Of a stretch of 64,000 bases of DNA, positions 10,194-19,453 are shown one piece after another (within the stretch, counting starts at the first letter, position 1; the number at the start of each line of letters is the position of its first letter). This DNA is from Minisyncoccota bacterium (lineage in GTDB: Bacteria; Patescibacteriota; Minisyncoccia; UBA9983). Location: positions 29,181 through 93,180 of the forward strand of contig JBAZPC010000002.1 of NCBI GenBank assembly GCA_041648395.1. The letters run 5' to 3'. The notes beneath the pieces are model-generated. The model did not search any database. It was not told the origin of the DNA and was given only the letters and a program-made list of their open reading frames with translations. The translations under genes were made by a program, and so were the position numbers.

Positions 10194-10224
10194 CTTCTTT
10201 AATAGTGATTAAATCTGTCTTTAT

Positions 10225-10440
10225 TTAATCTAAACTCAAAATCATCCACGTATAAAATATTATCAAAAATTTCTTACCGTAAGAAAAGTTTTTGACTAGA
10301 TTTCCAAGTTCTTTAATTCCCACTTTCCATCCAAGATTTTCCTTCCATTTATCCACGTTGCCATAATCAACAACAGTAATCGTTCTTTCTCTTTTTTCTT
10401 TAAAACTATCTAGAAATTCTTTTATGTCTAGCTGGTTCAT
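10225..10440 (-). CDS. Hypothetical protein (possibly truncated)
   Basis: 71 aa AT-rich ORF directly after pnp. Confidence 0.4.
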   Translation of the reverse strand: MNQLDIKEFLDSFKEKRERTITVVDYGNVDKWKENLGWKVGIKELGNLVKNFSYGKKFLIIFYTWMILSLD

Positions 10441-10460
10441 ATTTAAACCATTTTAAACCA

Positions 10461-12650
10461 TTATCTCCTTCCTCTAAAATTATTATCTCTACGAGGAGGA
10501 CGAGGACGGTCGCCGTTTCGGTCTCCTCCATTGCCTCGCGGGTCAAGTTCGGGATTGTAGTTCGGGTCGGCTTGTTTTAGGGAAAGATTAATTCTTCCTT
10601 TTTCATCCACGCCGATAACTTTGACCGTGACAATTTGGTCCGGCTTCACGATGTCCGTCACTTTTTCCACACGGAACGGCGCCAGTTCGGAAATATGAAT
10701 GAGCCCCTCCTGCCCGCCGCCGATGTCCACCATAGCGCCGAATTCAAACATACGCGTAACGGGGCCAGTGATTGTTTCGCCCGCTTTAAATTCATGAGTC
10801 AAATCCTCAACCATTTTCTTGGCGGCATCCGTATCTTTGTGATTTTTTCCGGTGATAAGCACCGTGCCGTCCTGTTCAATATCAATTTCCGCGCCGGTTT
10901 TTTCCGTAATACCTTTAATAACTTTCCCCGCCGGCCCGATAACCGCCCCGATTTTTTCCGGGTCAATCATAATTTTGACGATTCTCGGCGCGTAAGCGGA
11001 AAGCTCTTTTCTTGTTTCCGGAATTTCTTTAAGCATCGTTTCCATAATTTCCTCTCTCGCCTTTTTCGCCTGTTTCAATGTTTTTTCCAAAATTTCCACA
11101 GTCACGCCGTCAACTTTAACGTCCATTTGAATAGCCGTGACGCCTTCCTTCGTTCCCGCCACCTTGAAATCCATATCGCCATGATGGTCCTCGGGGCCTT
11201 GGATATCCGTGAGAACTTTAAAATTTTTCTCGTCCTTCATCATTAATCCCATGGCAATTCCCGCCACAGGCGCCTTAATCGGCACACCGGCGTCCATTAA
11301 AGCTAAAATTGATGCGCAGATTGAACCTTGCGAAGTGGAGCCGTTTGACGCCATTGATTCGGAAACAATGCGAATGGTGTAAGGAAAAATTTCTCGCGAA
11401 GGAATAATTGCCGACAGCGCCCGCTCCGCCAAAGCGCCATGCCCGATTTCGCGCCTTCCCGGATTTCCCATTCTGCCCGTCTCGCCCGTGGAAAACGGCG
11501 CAAAATTATAATGATGCATAAAATGTTTTTCCGTTTGCACTTCCATTCCTTCAATCAATTGGACATCTTTCGGCCCGCCAAGAGTGACAACAGACAGAAT
11601 ATGCGTTCCGCCTCTGAAGAAAACGCCGGAGCCGTGGAGGGTCGGCAAAAATCCCGCTTTGGCATAAATATTTCTCAATTCATCCATTTTTCTTCCGTCC
11701 GGCCTTTTGTCGTTTTCCAAAATTTCTTTATGAATGATGTCATTCACCTCCTCTTCATAGAGATCGTCGGCTTGATTTTTCTTTTCCTCGCCGAATTTTT
11801 CCGCGGCGGTCTTCATCCATTGATGTTTAAGGTCGCCGATTTCTCCTTTTGCGCCGCCATAAATGGCTTTATCTAAGTCCTTGGCAATTTCTTTTTTGAA
11901 AAAGTCGCGCATGTCGGCCAGTATTTCATCCAAATCAACTTTTGCCTTTTCTTTTCCAATTTCCGAAATTATTTTTTCCTGAAATTTTTGAATAATGGCA
12001 ATTTCTTCAAGCGCCTTTTCCATTCCTTTAATGGTAATATCTTCCGGAACTTCTTTCGCGCCCGCCTCAATCATGTTTATTTTTCCATTTGTTCCGCAGA
12101 TAACGGCATCAAGGATAGAGCTGTTACGCTCTTCATAAGTCGGATTGACGAGAAAATTTTGTCCTCCGTCAGCTGACGGAATGTAGCCCATACGGACGGC
12201 GCCGACCGGTCCGCCCCAAGGGATGTCCGATAGGCCGAGCGCCAGCGAGGCGGCGATGATAGCCGGAATGTCGGAATCATTTTTAGTGTCAATGGAAAGA
12301 ATGAGCATAGTCACTTGCACTTCGTTTCTCATTCGCTGGTCAAACAGCGGTCTGATGGTGCGGTCAATGACGCGGCCGGAAAGAATCGCTTCTTCCGACG
12401 GCCTGCCCTCCCTTCGCATAAATCTGCTTCCAAGAATCTGACCGGCGGCATAAAATCTCTCTTCATAGTCAACGGAGAGTGGGAAATAATCCAAGCCCTC
12501 GCGCTTGTTTTTTCCCATCACCGCCGTGGCAAAAACCGCCGTGTCTTCATAACGGACAAGAACGGAGCCGTTGGCTTGGTCGGCTAAGTCGGATATTTCA
12601 ACGGACAATTTCTTGCCGCCGAAACTTGTTTCGTATTTTTTTATTTGCAT
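10461..12650 (-). CDS. pnp: Polyribonucleotide nucleotidyltransferase
   Basis: FPLSVDYEER, RREIGHGALAERAL, SNGSTSQGS, GDMDFKVAGT, KH and S1 domains. Confidence 0.97.
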   Translation of the reverse strand: MQIKKYETSFGGKKLSVEISDLADQANGSVLVRYEDTAVFATAVMGKNKREGLDYFPLSVDYEERFYAAGQILGSRFMRREGRPSEEAILSGRVIDRTIRPLFDQRMRNEVQVTMLILSIDTKNDSDIPAIIAASLALGLSDIPWGGPVGAVRMGYIPSADGGQNFLVNPTYEERNSSILDAVICGTNGKINMIEAGAKEVPEDITIKGMEKALEEIAIIQKFQEKIISEIGKEKAKVDLDEILADMRDFFKKEIAKDLDKAIYGGAKGEIGDLKHQWMKTAAEKFGEEKKNQADDLYEEEVNDIIHKEILENDKRPDGRKMDELRNIYAKAGFLPTLHGSGVFFRGGTHILSVVTLGGPKDVQLIEGMEVQTEKHFMHHYNFAPFSTGETGRMGNPGRREIGHGALAERALSAIIPSREIFPYTIRIVSESMASNGSTSQGSICASILALMDAGVPIKAPVAGIAMGLMMKDEKNFKVLTDIQGPEDHHGDMDFKVAGTKEGVTAIQMDVKVDGVTVEILEKTLKQAKKAREEIMETMLKEIPETRKELSAYAPRIVKIMIDPEKIGAVIGPAGKVIKGITEKTGAEIDIEQDGTVLITGKNHKDTDAAKKMVEDLTHEFKAGETITGPVTRMFEFGAMVDIGGGQEGLIHISELAPFRVEKVTDIVKPDQIVTVKVIGVDEKGRINLSLKQADPNYNPELDPRGNGGDRNGDRPRPPRRDNNFRGRR

Positions 12651-12660
12651 AAAATTCGCT

Positions 12661-12743
12661 ATGCCGAGAGCCGGATTTTCAGATTTTAGAGCACGAATTA
12701 AAATTCATGTTCTACCTATCTGCCAACCCGAAACCTGTGGCAT
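12661..12743 (-). promoter_or_regulatory. Long stem-loop in pnp 5' leader
   Basis: Nested pairings atgcc/ggcat, cgggtt/aatccg, cagat/atctg, tagaacatgaatt/aattcgtgctcta. Confidence 0.65.
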
Positions 12744-12746
12744 AAA

Positions 12747-13013
12747 TTAAATTGATAATAGCTTTAATGTAGGACGCCCGCCACTTATCCACTGAAAAAC
12801 AGTAAGTATTAATAGAGAAATAATAAATATTATAGTTGCTAAATTTTTATATTTACTATGACTTTCTTTTAATGTGTAATTATCAATGATAAATAAACTA
12901 AAGACATATAGAATTATTATTAATCCAATTAATATTGGATGAGCTACAAATCCACTAACAAGCGCGATAAGTATTGCTACAAGTATTGATGGTATTGATG
13001 TTAAAATTTCCAT
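12747..13013 (-). CDS. Small hydrophobic hypothetical protein
   Basis: 88 aa, about three TM segments, AT-rich. Confidence 0.55.
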   Translation of the reverse strand: MEILTSIPSILVAILIALVSGFVAHPILIGLIIILYVFSLFIIDNYTLKESHSKYKNLATIIFIISLLILTVFQWISGGRPTLKLLSI

Positions 13014-13026
13014 ATATCAAATTATT

Positions 13027-13545
13027 TTACCCCTTTATCAAAAACTTTTTTGTGTTTTCGTCCATGTCGATGAACTCGTCGGCGATTTCTTTTATTTTTG
13101 CCGAGGTTGAACGCCCGAAGGCGATCACCTCCACACGCCTGCCTTGATTTTTTAAATATTCCACAAGCGGCGTGTAATCCCCGTCTCCGCTGGCAATGAC
13201 AATGGTGTCAACAATCTCCGCCGTCTTGATGGCATCAACCGCGATGCCCACGTCCCAGTCCGCTTTTTTCATTCCGCCGTAATATTCTTGAAGTTCTTTG
13301 CTTCTAATCTCAATGCCAAGTTTTGAGAGCGCTTCAAAAAACGGTTTTTCCTCGCCGGTCTTTGTGGAAACAACATAAGCGAAAGCGCGAATGAGCTGTC
13401 TTTGTCCGACAACCGACTCAACCAATTCTTTGAAATTAACTCTCTTTTGATAAATGGCGCGCGCCGAATGATAAAGATTCTGCACGTCAATAAAAACCGC
13501 CACGCGCTGGTTTTTATATTTATCTGAACTAAAGAGAGAGAACAT
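13027..13545 (-). CDS. NYN domain (LabA/DUF88) protein
   Basis: VFIDVQN, KKADWDVGIAVD, SGDGDY. Confidence 0.92.
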   Translation of the reverse strand: MFSLFSSDKYKNQRVAVFIDVQNLYHSARAIYQKRVNFKELVESVVGQRQLIRAFAYVVSTKTGEEKPFFEALSKLGIEIRSKELQEYYGGMKKADWDVGIAVDAIKTAEIVDTIVIASGDGDYTPLVEYLKNQGRRVEVIAFGRSTSAKIKEIADEFIDMDENTKKFLIKG

Positions 13546-13550
13546 AAATT

Positions 13551-13820
13551 TTATTTTTTCTTAAGCTCCAACTTTTTGGCGAGAGCATCGTATCGTTTCG
13601 CGTCTTTTTTGGAAAGATAATTCAACATTGCCCTTCTGTCGGAAATCATTTTTAAAAGGCCCCGGCGGGAATGGTTATCCTTCGGATGCTTTTTCAAATG
13701 CTTGGCAAGCGACTCAATCTGCTCGCTCAAAATGCCGATTTGCGCCTCGGGCGAACCAGTATCTTTGTCATGAAGATGAACTTTTTTGATTACCGCTTGT
13801 TTCTTTTTGGCTGTTAACAT
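13551..13820 (-). CDS. rpsO: 30S ribosomal protein S15
   Basis: DTGSPEAQI, HPKDNHSRRGLL. Confidence 0.97.
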   Translation of the reverse strand: MLTAKKKQAVIKKVHLHDKDTGSPEAQIGILSEQIESLAKHLKKHPKDNHSRRGLLKMISDRRAMLNYLSKKDAKRYDALAKKLELKKK

Positions 13821-13875
13821 AAGACAAATATATCAAAAACCGCCAAACTTTGCAAATTTTGTTATACTGAAACTA

Positions 13876-14760
13876 ATGTCGCACAATATAAAGGAATTGC
13901 ATCGGCAATTCCTTGAATACTTGGAAATAGAAAAAGGGAGGAGCTTGAAGACGGTTGAAAATTACGACCGAGATTTGAGGAAGTTTTTTGAATTTTCCAA
14001 AATTAAGGCACCCTATGAAATTACAGACGAAGCCGTCCGCAATTTTCGCCTTTGGCTCAACAGAAAGGAATTGAAGAAAAAAACGCAGAATTATTATTTG
14101 ATAAGCTTACGGGTTTTTCTGAAATATCTCGCGAAACTGGGAATAAAATCATTGCCGGCGGAAAGAATTGAGCTGGCAAAAATAGGACAAAGAGAATTGG
14201 ATTTGATAACAGAAGAGGAGTTGGCCAGATTATTGGACGCGCCAAAAGGAAACACCCTGAAAGAATTGCGAGACAAAGCAATTTTAGAATTATTATTTTC
14301 CACCGGCTTGCGCGTTTCCGAATTATGCTCATTAAACCGCGACCACATCACGGACGCCCGAGCCGGCGAATTTTCCGTGCGCGGAAAGGGAGACAAAATA
14401 AGGGTGGTTTTTATATCGGACAGCGCCCAGAAAGCGATAAAGGACTATCTAAATAAAAGGGTGGACACGGAAGAGGCGTTATTTGTAAGCGCCGGAAAAA
14501 ACACAACTCGTTTAGACCGCCGTTCCATTGAAAGAATTGTAAAATTTTACGCCATCAAAGCCGGCATTGCCAAAAAAGTGACGCCCCACGTCATCCGCCA
14601 TTGTTTCGCCACGGATTTGCTTTCCAATGGCGCCGACTTGCGCTCCGTTCAATATCTCCTCGGCCATTCTTCCATCACCACTACGCAAATTTACACCCAC
14701 GTCACAGACAAACAACTCCGCGAAGTGCACAAAAAATTCCACGGAAAAGGAAGAAAATAA
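13876..14760 (+). CDS. XerC/XerD-family tyrosine recombinase
   Basis: RDKAILELLFSTGLRVSEL, GKGDK, TPHVIRH, LLGHSSITTTQIYTH; start taken at MSHN. Confidence 0.92.
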   Translation: MSHNIKELHRQFLEYLEIEKGRSLKTVENYDRDLRKFFEFSKIKAPYEITDEAVRNFRLWLNRKELKKKTQNYYLISLRVFLKYLAKLGIKSLPAERIELAKIGQRELDLITEEELARLLDAPKGNTLKELRDKAILELLFSTGLRVSELCSLNRDHITDARAGEFSVRGKGDKIRVVFISDSAQKAIKDYLNKRVDTEEALFVSAGKNTTRLDRRSIERIVKFYAIKAGIAKKVTPHVIRHCFATDLLSNGADLRSVQYLLGHSSITTTQIYTHVTDKQLREVHKKFHGKGRK

Positions 14761-16248
14761 TTATTTTACAAACCATTTTTTGCGGATTACCTCTATCTCT
14801 TTTCTCTCCACTTCCTCCTTTGTTCCCTTCGCTTTTTTGCCCAGCTCCTCAAGCTCTTTTTCAGACAACGCGTTCAGCTCTTTTGCCTTGTTTTCCAGCC
14901 ATTCTTCCATGTTTTTTGACGGCTCATCAAGCACTTCTTCTAAAAGAGCGTGTAAAATAAAGCCGATTTTTGGCCCCGGTTTCACGTCCAACAATTCCAT
15001 AAGCCGATTTCCGTCAATTTTTAGCATCCCCACGGAAAGCGGCGCTCTCATTGCCTCATCTATCATTGATTCATATTTGCGCAGGCGATAAGGCGACTCC
15101 TTAGGCACGCCCATGCCAATCCGGTCGCTAAAACGAACCTTCATTAAATCCCAAATATTTTCCGGTCCGACATTGCGAACAGTCCTGCGCACAGCAGATA
15201 AAGTAATCTTGTCCGTATCGGAAAAAAACAAATGATAACGGACAAGCTTTGCGATAAGTTCTATGTCCTTTTTGGAAAATTTAAGACGAGATAAAATCTT
15301 AACGGACATTTTTCCGCCAATGACGTCATGTCCGTAAAAAGTCCAGTCCTTGTTTGCTTCGTTCCATTGTCTAGTCGCCGGTTTGGCGACATCATGCAAA
15401 AGAGCCGATAAACGCACAAAAAATGGCCATTTTTTGGACACGGCGTGATCTAAAGCCCTTAAATTATGCTCCCAAACCGTGAATTTATGGTCTTTATTTT
15501 GCTCTATCCCGATTCCCTCTTCCAGCTCCGGAATGACATATTTCAAAACCCCGAGTTCGTTCATTGCGCGTATCCCTTGATTCGCGTTGTCTGACATAAT
15601 GATTTTTTCAAACTCATCTTTGATACGCTCTTTGGCAATCATTTCAAGTAAATGCGCTTTTTTCTTTATGGCTTCCTGTGTTTCATGTGAAATTTTCCAG
15701 CCCAATTCCGCGCTAAATCTTATAGCGCGCAATATCCTCAAGGCGTCTTCTTCAAACCTTTCTTCGGGATTACCAACGGCTTTGATAATTTTATTCTTCA
15801 AATCATCTTGGCCGCCAAACAAATCTATAATTTTATTACTGATTACTGACGACTGATTACTGACTACTGCCATCGCCATGGCATTTATTGTAAAATCCCT
15901 CCTTTTCAGGTCGTCCTCAAGGTTACTTGTGAAACGGACTTCATCTGGATGGCGCTTGTCAGAATATTTGGACTCCAAGCGAAATGGCGTTATTTCTATA
16001 ATTTTCAATGTTTCATCAGAAACATCTTCATTTATTACTCCAACGGTGCCGAATTTATTCTCGTAAATTGTTTTATGAAATAACTCCTGAATTTGCTCTG
16101 GTGTGGCATTTGTCGTTATATCCCAGTCCTTTGGTTTCGCGTGTAACAATAAATCACGCACGCATCCGCCAACCAAAAACGCCTCAAAACCAGCACTTTG
16201 AAGAACTTTAATAGCTTGAGAGATTATTGGAGGAATTTTGCTTCCCAT
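14761..16248 (-). CDS. cca: CCA-adding tRNA nucleotidyltransferase with HD domain
   Basis: VGGCVRD..KDWDI, RRDFTINA, EDALRILRAIRF, LLHDVAK. Confidence 0.93.
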   Translation of the reverse strand: MGSKIPPIISQAIKVLQSAGFEAFLVGGCVRDLLLHAKPKDWDITTNATPEQIQELFHKTIYENKFGTVGVINEDVSDETLKIIEITPFRLESKYSDKRHPDEVRFTSNLEDDLKRRDFTINAMAMAVVSNQSSVISNKIIDLFGGQDDLKNKIIKAVGNPEERFEEDALRILRAIRFSAELGWKISHETQEAIKKKAHLLEMIAKERIKDEFEKIIMSDNANQGIRAMNELGVLKYVIPELEEGIGIEQNKDHKFTVWEHNLRALDHAVSKKWPFFVRLSALLHDVAKPATRQWNEANKDWTFYGHDVIGGKMSVKILSRLKFSKKDIELIAKLVRYHLFFSDTDKITLSAVRRTVRNVGPENIWDLMKVRFSDRIGMGVPKESPYRLRKYESMIDEAMRAPLSVGMLKIDGNRLMELLDVKPGPKIGFILHALLEEVLDEPSKNMEEWLENKAKELNALSEKELEELGKKAKGTKEEVERKEIEVIRKKWFVK

Positions 16249-16302
16249 AATTATGTGTATTTATTATTGGCGTCCGCCCCGTATTAATTTGCCTTAAAAA
16301 TA

Positions 16303-16374
16303 TGCCCCCGCCAGGATTTGAACCTAGAATACGACGTCCGAAGCGTCGCGTGATATCCGTTTCACTACAGGGGC
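16303..16374 (-). tRNA. tRNA-Arg (TCG)
   Basis: Cloverleaf; anticodon arm cgacg-cttcgga-cgtcg; T loop ggttcaaatcc. Confidence 0.93.
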
Positions 16375-16391
16375 AAATAATACGGGGTAAA

Positions 16392-16463
16392 AAGCGTCGA
16401 GTGATACCTGCCCCGTACTTACACCGAAGGCGTATAGTATGGGGTCCATTTCACTACGGGCGC
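16392..16463 (-). pseudogene. 5' half of a tRNA-Arg copy interrupted in the D loop by a 38-bp palindromic element (16407-16444)
   Basis: 30/34 identity to 16341-16374 once the insert cctgccccgtac...gtatgggg is removed. Confidence 0.8.
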
Positions 16464-16516
16464 AATATATCAAATTTAACATAAAAATGTTAGGATGTTA
16501 AGTAAACAAAAGATGA

Positions 16517-16587
16517 TTCTAATGGACATTCTAATGGACAACTTGTCCGCCTTGGAAGGATGTCCGATAGAATTATGTCCGATAGAA
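16517..16587. repeat. Two direct plus two inverted 12-mers (operator-like)
   Basis: ttctaatggaca x2 (16517, 16529) facing tgtccgatagaa x2 (16561, 16576). Confidence 0.7.
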
Positions 16588-16588
16588 A

Positions 16589-17047
16589 ATGGCTCAAACT
16601 AATAAACAAAAAGTAGGAGAAATAGGGGAGGATGTGGCGTGTACGTTTCTTGAGAAACACGGGTATGATATTATTGACCGCAATTATCGCAAGAAGTGGG
16701 GGGAGCTTGATATTGTGGCAAAAAAAGACGGGGTTTTGCATTTTGTTGAAGTAAAGTCAGTTTCTCGTGTAACCGAATACAATCCTAAAACTGATTTTAA
16801 AAAATCAGTTCGGCCGACCAGTTATTGTCATAACTGGTTTAGGCCGGAGGAAAACGTCCATCCTTGGAAAATGAAACGGCTTTATCGGGCAATTCAGACT
16901 TATTTATTAGAAAAAGTTTCAGACTTGCCCGCCGAAGTTTTAACGGAGGAGGGTGAAACAAACTGGCAAATAGATATCTTAGCCGTCTTTCTTGATCTTA
17001 ACACTAGAAAAGCAAAATTTAGACTTACAGAAAATGTGATTTTATAG
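16589..17047 (+). CDS. yraN: YraN family (UPF0102) nuclease
   Basis: GEIGEDVA..FL...GY.I..RNYRKKWGELDIVA, FVEVK. Confidence 0.9.
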   Translation: MAQTNKQKVGEIGEDVACTFLEKHGYDIIDRNYRKKWGELDIVAKKDGVLHFVEVKSVSRVTEYNPKTDFKKSVRPTSYCHNWFRPEENVHPWKMKRLYRAIQTYLLEKVSDLPAEVLTEEGETNWQIDILAVFLDLNTRKAKFRLTENVIL

Positions 17048-17063
17048 TATAATTCCAAATTAG

Positions 17064-17134
17064 CGGGGCGTAGTGCAACGGCAGCACGAGACGTTTGGGA
17101 CGTTTTAATCCGAGTTCGAATCTCGGCGCCCCGA
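17064..17134 (+). tRNA. tRNA-Pro (TGG)
   Basis: Anticodon loop tttggga; T arm ccgagttcgaatctcgg. Confidence 0.93.
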
Positions 17135-17147
17135 TTAAATTAAGAGA

Positions 17148-17221
17148 CGGGTTGTAGTATACCGGTAGTACGCGCCCTTCGGGAGGGCGTAGACTGGGTT
17201 CGATTCCCAGCAGCCCGACCA
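17148..17221 (+). tRNA. tRNA-Pro (CGG), encoded CCA
   Basis: cgccc-ttcggga-gggcg; ctgggttcgattcccag. Confidence 0.93.
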
Positions 17222-17266
17222 ACTTAAACTTTTTTCAAATTCAGCTTCGTTCAGTAATTGCGAAAA

Positions 17267-19453
17267 TTAAAACTTTATTCTTTTGAGGCGGAGGGAGTTT
17301 AGAACCACCGACACCGAGCTGAACGCCATGGCTGCGCCGGCTATCATTGGGTTGAGGAGGATTTTAAAGAAAGGGAAGAGAACGCCCGCCGCCACGGGAA
17401 TTAAAACAATATTGTAAATATACGCCCAAAAAAGATTTTGTTTTATATTTCTTAATGTTTTTCTGGAAAGAAGAATCGCTTTGTAAATTCCCATCGGGTC
17501 TCCTGAAGCCAAAGTGATGCCAGCCGATTCTATGGCAATGTCCGTACCGGTGCCGATGGCAATGCCGATGTCCGCCTGAATGAGCGCCGGCGCGTCATTG
17601 ATGCCGTCGCCGACCATCGCCACAATTTTTCCTTTTTCCTGCAATTCTTTCACCTTCTCTGATTTTTTATCAGGCAAAACGGAAGCCAAAATATTTTTTA
17701 TGCCGACTTTTTCGGCAATGGCTTTTGCTGTTATCTCGTTGTCGCCCGTGATCATCCAAACCTCCATGCCCAGATTATTCAATTTATCAATTGTTTCTTT
17801 TGCCGAGTCCTTCAAGGTATCGGCCAGGCCGATAATTCCCAAGGTTTGTTTTTTATCAGAAAGAATCAAAACGGTTTTGCCTTGGCTTTCCGTATTTTTA
17901 ATTTTTTCTTCAATATCCGGCGCCAGCGCCACATTAAAATCATCCAAAAGTTTTTTGTTGCCAAAAATAAACTCCCGCCCCTCGATTGTTCCGGTAATGC
18001 CCTTGCCAATTATTTCCGAAAAATCCGCAACTTTTTTAAGGGAAATATTTTTTATTTGCGCTTCCATGACAACCGCCTTTGATAACGGATGTGTTGAATT
18101 TTGCGCCAAACTGGCGGAAATTTGCAGAATATCTCCGATAATATCGGTCACCGCCGGCTCGCCCTTTGTTATTGTTCCTGTCTTGTCCAGAACAACGGCG
18201 TTGATACGGCCGGCTGTTTCTAAATATTGCGCGTTCCTGATAAAAATTCCGTTTTCCGCTCCTTTGCCAGTGCCTGTTATGACCGCCACCGGCGTGGCCA
18301 ACCCTAAGGCGCAAGGGCAGGCGACCACAAGAACCGCCACAGCATTAACTAGAGCAAACGTTAAGCGGGGAGCGGGGCCGGCAAAAATCCAAATAATAAA
18401 GGTCAAAACAGAGACAGCCATGACAACGGGAACAAAAAAACCCGTAATTTTATCCGCCAGTTTCTGTATCGGCGCCTTTGTCGCCTGCGCCTCTTCCACT
18501 GTTTTTATAATATGAGAAAGAAAAGTATCTTTGCCAACCTTCAACGCCTTCATTTTAAACACGCCCGCTTTGCTGATGGTGGCGCCTATCACTTCGTTTC
18601 CCTTTTTTTTATCGGAAGGAAGAGATTCTCCGGTAACCATTGATTCGTCAAGAGAAGCGTTTCCTTCAAAAATAATTCCGTCTACGGGAATTTTTTCGCC
18701 TTGTTTTACCAAAAGAATGTCGCCAACCCTCACTTTGTTTATATCTATGTCTTTTATATTTCCGTCAGCGCCGACAAGATGCGCTGTTTTTGCGCCAAGT
18801 TTCAGAAGTTTTTTAATGGCTTCCGAAGCAGCGCCTTTCGCTCTCGCCTCCAAAAATTTTCCCAGCATTATAAAAGTTATAACCACAGCTGAAACATCAA
18901 AATACAGATTAAATCCGAGATTAAAAAGAACAACAGCCGCGCTGAAAAAATATGCCGCTCCTGTGCCAACTGCCACCAGTGAATCCATGCCCGGCCTTAA
19001 ATTTTTAAATTCATAAAAGGATCCTCTCCAAAATTGTGCGCCGACCCAAAACTCCACCGGAGTCGCCAACGCCAAAAGAATCAAGAATGACAAATTTTTC
19101 GGGATAAAAGCGACAGCAGCGCCGCCAAAACTGAGAATAACCGCGATAAGAGAAGCAACAGCGCCGAAAATGAGTTTGTTCCTCAATGTTTTCATTTTTT
19201 TTTCTTCCAACATTTTCGCGTGGTCGTGATGCTCTTCTTCAACTTTATAACCGAGATTTTTAATTTCTTTTATTATCGCTTTTTGATCCATTTCTTTTTC
19301 ATGAGTGAGAAAAAGTTTTTCAGAAACAAGATTAACGCTGGCGCTCTTTACGCCTTCTATTTTTTTTACTACTCCCTCAATGGAAGCCGCGCACGAGGCG
19401 CAATGCATGCCGGAAATTTTTAATGTCGTTTTATTTTCCATAATTTTAATCAA
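17267..19453 (-). CDS. copA: Copper-translocating P1B-type ATPase
   Basis: GMHCASC HMA domain, TGES, ACPCALGLATP, DKTGT, GDGINDAP, YN and MAFSS. Confidence 0.93.
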   Translation of the reverse strand: MIKIMENKTTLKISGMHCASCAASIEGVVKKIEGVKSASVNLVSEKLFLTHEKEMDQKAIIKEIKNLGYKVEEEHHDHAKMLEEKKMKTLRNKLIFGAVASLIAVILSFGGAAVAFIPKNLSFLILLALATPVEFWVGAQFWRGSFYEFKNLRPGMDSLVAVGTGAAYFFSAAVVLFNLGFNLYFDVSAVVITFIMLGKFLEARAKGAASEAIKKLLKLGAKTAHLVGADGNIKDIDINKVRVGDILLVKQGEKIPVDGIIFEGNASLDESMVTGESLPSDKKKGNEVIGATISKAGVFKMKALKVGKDTFLSHIIKTVEEAQATKAPIQKLADKITGFFVPVVMAVSVLTFIIWIFAGPAPRLTFALVNAVAVLVVACPCALGLATPVAVITGTGKGAENGIFIRNAQYLETAGRINAVVLDKTGTITKGEPAVTDIIGDILQISASLAQNSTHPLSKAVVMEAQIKNISLKKVADFSEIIGKGITGTIEGREFIFGNKKLLDDFNVALAPDIEEKIKNTESQGKTVLILSDKKQTLGIIGLADTLKDSAKETIDKLNNLGMEVWMITGDNEITAKAIAEKVGIKNILASVLPDKKSEKVKELQEKGKIVAMVGDGINDAPALIQADIGIAIGTGTDIAIESAGITLASGDPMGIYKAILLSRKTLRNIKQNLFWAYIYNIVLIPVAAGVLFPFFKILLNPMIAGAAMAFSSVSVVLNSLRLKRIKF

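Noticed and set aside
13876-14760. Tyrosine recombinase as an integron or prophage integrase
   Set aside because: Xer-like length and motifs, no evident IntI-specific insertion, flanked by housekeeping genes, no attC-like sites or phage genes nearby.
17580-18515. Long antisense ORFs (17580-18515, 27887-28801, 10635-11246 and others)
   Set aside because: Shadow frames opposite well-supported genes, with no recognisable motifs.
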